64,000 bases of DNA from Ophelia neglecta (Eukaryota): positions 12,028,001-12,092,000 of the forward strand of contig OZ260664.1 in the NCBI GenBank assembly GCA_965285935.1. The letters are read 5' to 3'. Positions 53,292 through 64,000 of this stretch are shown here, piece after piece. The position numbers and the translations under genes were made by a program. Each line of letters opens with the position of its first letter. Within the stretch, counting starts at the first letter, position 1. The notes below the pieces were generated by a model. That model worked only from the letters and a program-made list of their open reading frames with translations, was not told where the DNA came from and searched no databases.

Positions 53292-56200
53292 TTAGAATAT
53301 ATCTGTCAGGAATGACATTGAATCATGGATTCACATATCATGAGCCTAAAGGTTGCTAACTCTGATTCACTTGAATGGTTTTAGCAGTGTTTTGTTAAAC
53401 ACCGAGTGATTGGTTGGTCTGTCGTGTGTCCTCTCAAAACGTTCAATCGATGTTCCCTGATCTCCTATAGTTCCCCGGCTTTCTGTGTTAGACTACCATT
53501 TAATATTTCTTAGTGATCTGGCGTATAACTCCGCGATCCATCAAACAACAGTGCATTCAATGTAGCCGCGCACCTGGACTGCGCAGTCATTGGAGAACTT
53601 GTGAGCAGAAATCTTAAAAATCTATTATTATAGGCCAAGATTACTAGTTTGAGGTACCTGGATACTGAAAATTGATTGATAAAGATAAAAAAGTGGATCA
53701 TATATTGTTCTTTTTTTAAATTAGAGTATGACTTCATCTACAATGTTTTCTCAAATAAGTCCAAGGCGAAGCAAACTGCCAAAATTCAAAGTGTGAACAA
53801 AATTACAATTTGCATATTTATTACGAAAAAATGGCTAAAACCAAATTCGCCGTTAAGTCCCATAGGCTGATTATGACGTAGGTGCGTCGCAATAGAGGGG
53901 GATCTGTGTGGTAATCAATGGGAAGATCGCCCTTTTCTGTCATTTTCTCAAATAAAATGTTCTCCAACGGCAGTAACTGCGAGTTATCAGCTCCAGGTGA
54001 ACGATATGTCTTTCTCTGAAGAAACATTATCATTGGCAAATACGTCTAAGGGAAAATAATCAGAAAGAAGAGATACATTTATTGCCTGCGGAATTTACCT
54101 AAAGGTCAGAACAATGATAAAATGGCTCAATGTATTTGATAATAAGATGCTGACGTGTGCCTTTTATTCAAGACCTAATATTGTGCGAACAGTTATCGGA
54201 CTTCCCATAAAAACTATTGTTCCTAAAATATGACAAATATTAATTGGCAAAAAAATCCATCGGTCTAGCTGATATGCCAATTGAGTGTGAAATCCAACAA
54301 CCGCAGATCTGACAAGTGCCGACGGATGGAGTTTCTTCGTATACACTATGGTTTAACATGGTTTGCCGGTCAGTCTACGCTTCACGTTCCATTGTCATCG
54401 CTAAGACGGGCATCCAAACAATGCTTTTTCCAAATGTCTCATGAATAGAAGGCTCGGTAGGAAGATTAAGAGGGGAAAAGATCGGAAAAATTCAACTGTC
54501 ATGGTTGATTTCGGCGTTTTGAATAGAAAATACATGTACTTTCGGTGAGCAAAATGCATACGATATTTAATAGTAAGAGCTGTACAAATGCCATATAAAC
54601 TAGGAAGGGGGGGGGGGGGGTGTATTTAAAACTAAATGTCATACTTATGGTGCATAGCAAAGTCCAATTGTGTGTTATTATTCAATACAAGTAACTTTTA
54701 CCACATGTTAAAACTGTTTGCTCTTAACCCCTCTACAGATAACATGACTCCCCACTTTCAATGTCCTTAACAGCAAGTGTTAGACGTAAACATCAACTTG
54801 CTGGAAGTACAGTGACAGCCATTTGTTTCTGTCATAATCGAGATGACAACTAGTTATAAAATGTAGAGGTTTCATACGCAGCTTGTAAATCATAAAACTG
54901 CAGTATGTGACATTCGGTCTTTGGAGCCGACTTAAACCTGTACTTGTGCTTGTTTCACATTATTTATGGCTTCGACTGTCGTTGCTACCCATAAATCACA
55001 ATCGACCACGTTGACCTGTCACTAGTTATAGATGGTTTAGTCATTCCTTGATAAGGCATAGCTACCAAATAGTGTCATAAACCTCCTACTCATGTACGTA
55101 TGCAAATCACAGCCAAATAAAATCTGAGTAGTGCCACAAGAAATGATTATATAATAAGACTATCTTGCCTGGTATGTGGCCACTGGGACTCGGTGAATGA
55201 GGTACTTGACACCCTTGTTTCACCCTTTGTGTTTGATCTGAAGCAATAAATACGCTGCACCGTGCGAATGTCGTGTTATTTGGCATTCAGAGCCCAACCC
55301 TAATAAGCGAGCGCGAGATACCAGAACAATCTCATAACCATAAAAACAGAAGCATGTTAGAATTATCTAATATTTTGATAATATGGTGAGCTATGAATAT
55401 TGAGTGACAATGAGTGATACAGAGAATGAATAGCGAACTGGGACATCTGCGGTATTATTGATTACCCTGAATGAATATGAATTCATGCTGATCGAAAAGT
55501 GTATGTCACATATGAAAGATGCCCGTCAAGCACTTACAAAGCATTGATTGTATTTGTGAAGGCCATCGTGTGGAAATGTGAGAAATGGTACTTAGGCGGT
55601 GATCCCTTGATAATCTTTAGCCCGTTGATTGAGTGCCAGTTCAGTGTGTGCCAAACACTTTTTAGCCACAAATGCATTATGGTTCCAAACGTTTTTATCG
55701 AACAATATAGAGGAAACAGTGTAAATGATTAATGGATAATTCGTCACCGACGATTAGCTATTCTCCACTACTCGCGTACTTTATGCGCACGTGTGGGGAA
55801 ACTTGGAGCGCTACCTACCTTATAGCCTAACAAATGTCTGCTTAATTTGCTCGGATAGTCTTCGTCCACAGATCGCCAACGTATCCTAGTATCGCATGCT
55901 AGCCTGATATAAAGAGCATGGCAGCTATTTTCGTGGTGGCACGTGGTTAGTTTTAATCAGTTTTTATCCTTAGTGAACCGGTGCGGTCAGGTCGCGCGAG
56001 TGTGTTGTAGTCAAGCACTATACTCATGTTTCTTTAAGGACAGATCTGCCTGACAGAGCTACTCGATCACTCTACGACAATGCCGGCTGTTCCACTTGCA
56101 CCGAACGATCAAACAAAACAATATAAAACGACCGCAAATAGGATTAGGTGTATAAACTCTTGAAAAAAGGGACCTATCTTTTAATCTAAGTCATGTAAAT

Positions 56201-59200
56201 TACAAAGTCTGAAAAAAAAATCATAATTAGATTGAAATTGCCCTAATCATTTGATTACATTGTAAGTGGCTCTACTCATGAACAGTGCTTTGTGACTAGT
56301 TTACCAATACGTTACTAGCCTGAAGTTGGCCTGACACTATTGTTGCAATTCGCTTCAAGCGATAAAATAAATGACAATGTGTTCTATCAAACGTTTCCTG
56401 GTATTCCTTGACAAAACGCCAAATAAGGCACTACCCGCCAAACCGTAAGCCACACCCTCTAAATCCAGCTTAATATGCTGCAATAGACTTTAAATGTCAA
56501 CCGCAGCTGTAATCTCATTCTCCAGACGTCGTGCACTTTGTGTCCTTGATTTGTACAGGAATCGCCAACATTTGTCATATTTCGCTATAGACCAGAACGA
56601 ACTTTGATAAATGTGGCCATATAAAAAGATCAGGCTTTTTTTAGTAAAAGGTAGCTGAAAGACTTTTTGGAACAATTGGAGTACCCTTAATCCGATTTTG
56701 CTGCCTCCCTGTTATTTTTATGCCCTTGGCCTTCAAAATCCGTGGTACACAAGAAATATCTTAGACAAACTATCGCATACGAAAGAGGATGACACCATAA
56801 AGTCTTAAAAAGAGTCTTATATCCATGATGATTACTTTAATAATTATCGCTGCCAGTAGGACAAAATAGAGTTACCCCTGACCTCCATACTCGCATAGCC
56901 TCCGCCTTTCCGCGTTTAATCATAAGTCCCGTTTTTTCTCGAAATACCTACTACCCTGTTTTTTTAAGGCAATCAGAAAAATTGAGCAAAATTCCACCTC
57001 GATAGAATATCCTTCATACACTTTTCTTACTTTTATTAGGATTGTCTATGCGTTCTTTGTCAGGGACGAAATTGTATATGTCGAAAACTTCTAGGTTTAC
57101 AGTTGTTGGTGTTGTCATTTGTTAGTTTTTCTATAACACGTTCTTTCGTTCCCTTCCAAGGTGAAATAGGACTGTTGTAAGCCTCCGTTTGATTCGTACT
57201 TATTAATCCTTAATTCCATGGAATTGCTTACATAAAGAGAAAGTATTTGATTGATTTGATTTCTATAAATGTATGATTTTAGCAAAATAGTCTCTAATGA
57301 AGGTAGTTATATCGCTGAAATACAAGTTTGTGTGGCAGTGAAGCGAAATGTCTCTTCTTGATGTTTTTTCTCGATATATATTTATAACATCATAAGCATC
57401 TTGTTATAGACTTGTCAGGTACATAAATGTACCAGTTATAAGAAAAGTGGGTCATCTTGATGTATATTGAGTCTAAAAACAAACCCAGGGACGATTTACA
57501 CCAGTATGTGGAAAACAAGGGACATTTAATACCAGGAAATTAATGCCGGCTCCCTAATATACTAGAATATCTAAACCGATGGACGTAAAATCATGGTGTT
57601 TTAATCCAGTTGGCCCCCAAGTGGGGTTACGTCGAGTAAAGACCCCGGGAGACCCTTTCTAATATGCTGACGGACATTGCTAATACACCGTCCAACCACT
57701 GCCAAAATTCACCATATACAGGTGCAGGTATAAGCTTTGGCCAACCAGTCCCAAGAAATCAGTATAATTAGATTACCAAACCAACCAAGAGCTCCTCAGT
57801 GTTATTCTGCTCTTCTATGATCGAAGTCCTTGGCCTGGCGCCTGGGGATATCTTCAGTTTTGACCACCTGAGACCTTATTGTCATGGTAAAAACTTGGGA
57901 AGGTTGACACTGATCTGGCTATCATACTGATGTGTAAACAAGGCTTTGCTTCCCAGTTACATTACAATATTTCGTTTATACTTAGTTTAATCAAGTCATG
58001 ACGTCACTTTTAATCTTCAAATTTCAAGTTGAGTTGTAAATAGCTGCTGATTTGGTAATTTGGATTAGTTCTTCTCTATGCTGATCACCTTGTAAAATCA
58101 CAGAGTTTAAAAGTTGTCAATACGCCATACAGATGCTGTGGAACCCTAACAAACCTACGGAGTGTAACTGTGTCAGTACGGGCACAACATATTACCATCC
58201 CGCAGTTTACCCCTTTGGCTCGCTAATACAGCCCTAACCTTCTGCCTGAATTTCAATTGGATTCAATATTCCGCTTAACTTGAGTCGCTGGGCAGCTAAA
58301 ATGTTCTATTCGGTTGTGTTAGCTTGGCAATTGGCTCTCGTATCAGAGGTACTGGCAAACAGATATGTTTCGCGAGCTGCAAATGCTTTGCGAATTTTGC
58401 GAACATGCAGGAATTTGCCAAAAAGTCCCAGCTCGCCAAAAATGTCCAATGGGCAATTGACTGTATGTATCTCTTTTTTCATAGGTCACTAGCCTTATAC
58501 AGAAACAGGATGACGTGTCGAATACATTGCAAAAATGGTTGGCGTTATTTCCCTGCTCGTAAAAATGTTTTATTCTACAGTGTATCGATCTCCTCCTTGC
58601 ACCATGAAGGCATTCACATCATTAGTGTTTGAAGCGTGTAGGCAGGTGGACCTCAAGAGTCTGAAGAATCTCTGTGGAAATCGATGCCACATCGACCAAT
58701 GTAAATTAGCATCTCAATGTGTTGAGGTGATAACATGGGCTTTTCTTCAGGCAAATATTAATTAAAGTTGTGTATTTTAGCTGTGATATTTATAGGCGTT
58801 ACCTTGCACTTACGCGGTTGACATTCCACATTCGATCACACGGAGACTGCTTTTATCCCCTTAAAAGGTGCTTAGGAGGAACATCTCCTGAGATTAATGA
58901 TTAAGTCTAACTAGCCTGAGGGGTCTTGAGAAACATCAGAATGATTCCGGTATTGTGAATATAAGACCATCCATAATGTTGCCATATATTTGATGTTAAC
59001 ATTTCAAATGACGTCAAGGAAAAATCAATAGTGGAAACAATTTTTTCGTGATACGGGAGATATAGATTTTGTGTTGTTTTTTTAGAAAAAAAATTTATTT
59101 CGGTGGCTGAGATGAAAGTCGTGTTTGTTTCGTATTTATTTTCACAATATTGAGTTTAAATCATTTTAAGTATGCAATGATAATAAATGCTTTTGAACAC

Positions 59201-61675
59201 AATAATACGCCCTTTTTTCGTAAACTGGAGATATTTTTTACTTTCCGGATGTTTGCAAAGCTCTCTCATACGAGGTAGCTCAACGCAGCACCGGCAAGGG
59301 CAGGGGCGAGGGTGGCTCTTTCTTTATTTTTGGTCGTAAAGATGTTTCTTTTAACGGTAAATATATACGATTTTACTAGGCAGAATGCATGAACGTAGCT
59401 CCCATCTATAACATGATATCCGTATTACGAGTCAAAAAAGCCAGATTCTAGATAACCAATCGCTTATATTGTACACTGAAACATCAAAGCAAGTAATTGA
59501 GCCCAATATTGTCCGAAAAACTAAACCTAATCATTATTTTCTCATTCAAAGACACCTTCCGGCATGCCGAAGCTAGTCTAAATCCTTAATACTGACGTAG
59601 ATTTCGATTTAAACCTGTTTGAACGGTTTAAATAAAGATGTTATACCTTCTAAGGTTTTCTCATTCATGCAAGGGCAAAACCTGACTTTAGTGTGTTATT
59701 TAAAAGGAGTACCTATGCCAGTTATTTTTGTATCATTCTTGGTTCGGCTTGCGACTCAGCTAATTGGCTTTTATTTATATTTCAGTTGGAATACTCTATT
59801 GAAAATCGCACAGATATTTTCCGATTTCTACCAAACAAACAGCAACCCACATAGCACCCTAACAAGACGAGTGAGTACCAGTGAATTTCATGATAAGTTA
59901 GTACAGTCTTGCTCATATTTGATTTCTCATTAACGCAGCATATGAGGAATCAGGTGTAATACGCAACTAGTTCCAACTCGAGTTGTTTATTTCTGTTCTA
60001 TTCGCTTTATACATACACATCATAAACCCAGTGAACAATATTGACTATTACAAATATAGATCAATACTAGTGATCGGATATAGGTACATAGTAGTATCCG
60101 AAGATGACGATTTGTAGAATTATCTGCAGTGAAACTTACAAAAGACCAGTAAACGGCGTGAATACTGCTGTCCAACTTAATATTAATATATAGTAGCAAC
60201 CGCGCTTATTAGTTTCCTGAAAAGATTCATTTAATTACAATTTATTTAATTATTCCTTGTAATGACAAGGTTAGACTATTTGCTAGTTTAGATATCTGCC
60301 TATCATCAGTGCCTTACAATCAGGTTCTGTGATATATGAGCAGCTGCTATTGGTTTAATAGGTTTAATGTGCAGCTGAAGGCAATCGGATAAGATTAGTG
60401 TCAACATTAAAATGTATCATTTTCAGTTCGACAGCCGCCGGGAACTGTCTATTCTCGACGATATTTTATAGATTAATAGAATATTCTTCAGGAACATTTT
60501 TGCTTAGCCTGTACGGAATCCAGCCCCACGTTTTTTCAATATGTCTGAAGCAGTATTTGATATTCAATTGAACGAAAATATTGATAGATACGGGTGCCTA
60601 TTGCATACTTGACCTTGGGTACATTCCACCACCTGCCTACCTTGACCGAACATATCAATTTGTTTGGTAGGTCCACTCACATCAGAAGAAGATTTCACTA
60701 ATGATATATTTTTTCTCAATCAATTTCTATCTAACTCATTAGTAATTATAAAATCGGGAATTGATTTCTTCTAATGTCTGCGCCTGACAGTAGTGATGAT
60801 TTAGTATAAGTTTTAAATAATTATGAAGATTTTTTCCTTGGTATTGATTTCGGCTTGTCTGACAGGTTTTTTCTACTATTAACGTGTTTACATGTTATAT
60901 TCAATTCAAAGAGGATATATTTTCCATTTTCTAATTTCTTGGCGGCAAGAATTATATGTTATCCTGATATAGTTAAATAGTCACATGTTTATAGTGATTG
61001 AATTTGTCCGTCTACTGCATATAAATATATGATATCACGGAGTAGGCGCCCATGCCCCCTTTGGATTGGCGAAAGTGATCGCTCTGAATCAGCGCAGTCT
61101 TTCTATTAATGCGATGATATTAAATGAAATTTATCCGAACTAGTCTTAGAGCAAAAACGACCAAATAATACCTCATCGCGGGTATGGTGACTCCCTCTTA
61201 AGTTAATAGTCTGTGCAATTGATATCCATTTGGAGAATTCTGACTGACCCATGTCTTATATGTACCAAGGCATGTTCAGCTGCAGCTGGCCTGTGGATAT
61301 TAAATATTCAAGAAACCAATATCTATATACGTGACAAGTATTCGGGATCTAAATGTGTTTTATGCAATGCTTTTTATCACTAATATGAGTGAAGCAGGCG
61401 GTGATTCATTCAAAAACTATGGCATTAGATTTGTAAGTAATGCCAAGATGGTTTGAAAAGCAAATTCTTCCAGGTCAAATAACACCCGCCAAACCAATTT
61501 AACAACAAACCCTTTGGGTACTTGAATCCCCAATGCTTTATGTGAACCTCGCTCAATTCTATCCCGATAGATATATTAATCATGTTTTGTTCACGGAATA
61601 TCATTATTTACAATCGACTTCATGCTGAGAATAAATAGATAACATTAAGACCGGCTACCTATCTCCATCAAACAC

Positions 61676-61769
61676 AAGCGACTGGATACATGGCTTACAA
61701 AGAATAATCGTTAATCAAGAAAGGTTTATACAAATCGGTCAAAAATCATAGGAACGTCAGTGGCAAGCA
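61676..61769 (+). repeat. Family R terminal fragment
   Basis: TGGATACATGGC...ACAAAG...AATCGTTAATCAAGAA...AAATCGGTCAAAAATCATAGGAAC. Confidence 0.65.
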
Positions 61770-64000
61770 CACAAATATCACCTGCCAATTTGCTAACGGT
61801 TAATAAGTTTGTAGACAATGTAGAAATCCATACGTAAAATTGGATGGCCTTTATTCTGGGATACTTTGGTAGACGTAGACAGACAAATCATTATAGTATC
61901 AGCCTAGTTGGCTGTGCCTGTCACCGTTATCACCTTAATTATGTACCTATCGCAAATCTGATATTCACTAACCACGTTCCAAAGAAATTGTGTCCTAGTG
62001 AAATTATGGCTGAAAAAATGCGCAGCACCTAACACAATGTTTGACAGTTAGAAGTATAAGGATTTTCCCATAAAATCAATTAAATGGCAAATAATGTAAA
62101 TATTATGTTTTAATAATAAATAATATGTTTGTAAATTCCCCATGGCCCCACTTCAACTTCTACATATGTGCGCCCACGGTCACTTTTAATATCAATAATA
62201 TATAGGTAAGAGCCAAGAAAGTTTTGGAAAACTTTTGATTGAACATAACTTCTGTTCTTCCCTAGTGACCGATTTTTTTCCGCCGAATATAAGCGATACT
62301 TTTAAGTTGAATTAAGACCAATGGTTTTTCCAATTACTAGGAATACCAATCACTAAAGGTGAAAAATAAAAAGTGGTTTGATTATATTAAAACGTCAAAG
62401 GACGATCTACTTCCGAACCACAGAGCCATATTTATGCTACTCTTCTGTACATTCCAATCGTTTGTATCTGCAAGAGGTACTACGATTAACCATTATGTAT
62501 GTTTAATTGATTTGACAAAATAACCGCAACCATTCAAATATATAATTTTTATGAAATGAAATTGTGTACACCCCAAAAACGGAGCAATGCGTCAAGGGAT
62601 ATAGAGAATGAATAGGTTCTCCAAAATGAACATATTACGCTAGTCTATTCGCCTGTCTGCTACACTTGTCTTTCTTTGTTTTGGACCAAGGCAGCTTTGC
62701 CCCAGGACAAACTAGAACTCAAGCTATGTAAAAACTGTCACCTTTAATGGGGTGTGATTTCTTGTCATCAAACCATGCAATTGCGTCACAATGTACACAC
62801 ATCGTGTGAACTGTTTAACACCATCGAATAGCAGAAAAAGTGTCATCCTGATTACGCCATCTATTGTGTGCTTCATGTATTGTAGACCTGGCGTTTCTTA
62901 GGCCATTTTTTCAGACTGCATATGTCAGTTACCTTCATGTGGACTTCTCAATCACATTGCCTCAGTCCACACAAGGACAATCGGAAATAATACTTCACCT
63001 TTCTCTCGTGTTCGTAATTAATGCGCACAAATGTGATATAACATTACACATTAAACAAATTGCAGCTATGGACCTATCTTATTTTATCTAGCAAACAGGT
63101 GATTTCCCTAGAGAACATGGACCACCGGGTCTTTGTCTGCGAACTATATACCTCAGTTATATCGCCAACTTGAGGGCGATTAGCCTTGATTTGTGAGTAA
63201 TATGGACTAGATTTGGTAGTATCTAAGGAATCCACTAGTCTAGAGCTAGTTTATTGGAAGTGTAGCTGTGGCCAAACCAATTTGCCAAGACACCTAAGGA
63301 GTGGGTAAATCAGACATAGATAATTAGTTTGGGTGTTTTGTGTCTCCCGGCAAGTGCTCCGTACTTAATCTTAATCAATTTACATGTACATGGATGACAA
63401 AGTACGAGTCATATAAAGCGCTCGCAGTTGCATTTCAACATAGAAGAACATAGCCACGTCGGATAAAACATGATCTATGTCCTTCGCCTAGCATTAGAAA
63501 GGCATCGCTCGATACGTTGTACAAATGGGACTTGGTTGTTGATCTTGTAGATATTTTGCAGATGTATGGTGGGAATCGTGAAAACAACCTTTAGTTTAGT
63601 TTCGACATCATTGATTTGTTTCATCGGACACTCATGTAGTATGTGTGTTTTCCTTATTGCAACCGATGCCACACAAACACTTAACCGGGAAATCATGCTC
63701 GAGAAGGAAACAAACAAAGCATTAGTTCTTGTATAATCTCAGTATTCAACACACGTGTTTTGGCTGACATGCTTTCCAGTATGATTTCTTTGTGCTTATC
63801 CGTGAGGTGATTTATGATTGGCCATAGCCAAAGGTGTCGTTTTTAATAGATCACTGAACATGATTAAACAAACCAGCTCTGGTAATTGGTGTCTGTCAAC
63901 CAATCACTGGGAAATTAAAATTGCGTTGTTATAAAGAGCACGAGGCTCTTGCTTCTGTCAACCGTAGCGAAGCATGCACTGCGCACGTTTTATTATTATT

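Noticed and set aside
58320-58460. Clusters of GCGAA/TGCCAA motifs (also ~40790-40850 and ~30420-30490) suggesting another MITE family
   Set aside because: Too degraded to define termini or confirm homology by eye.
157-63717. Supplied ORFs as genes
   Set aside because: All are 143 aa or shorter, many start at GTG/TTG, none has a recognisable domain, and several are translations of repeats (e.g. 26954-27202, 27481-27726, 40146-40666).

Overview
AT-rich eukaryotic DNA (roughly 35-40% GC by eye), almost entirely non-coding: intergenic sequence or a large intron. It is probably from a marine invertebrate such as a mollusc; this is inferred from a V-domain-type tRNA SINE and frequent TACATGTA. 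No supplied ORF can be assigned to a known protein with confidence. The recognisable content is mobile-element derived: four TA-flanked CAGTG MITEs, one intact MITE with a perfect 9-bp TSD (AcademH- or MULE-like), a nested fold-back element, a V-SINE plus an isolated tail fragment, a 50-bp minisatellite with higher-order structure, and a 380-bp-period direct duplication. The most notable feature is an old, unassigned dispersed repeat ('family R'). At least 22 decayed copies occur on both strands (about one per 3 kb), most sharing one sharp terminus. A diverged ~500-bp block occurs twice (11.9 kb and 47.1 kb) and keeps a homologous Cys-containing ORF in both copies. A GC-richer patch at 35.8-36.1 kb looks like a promoter with a first coding exon. 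All alignments and consensus sequences were made by eye, and boundaries of decayed repeats are approximate.
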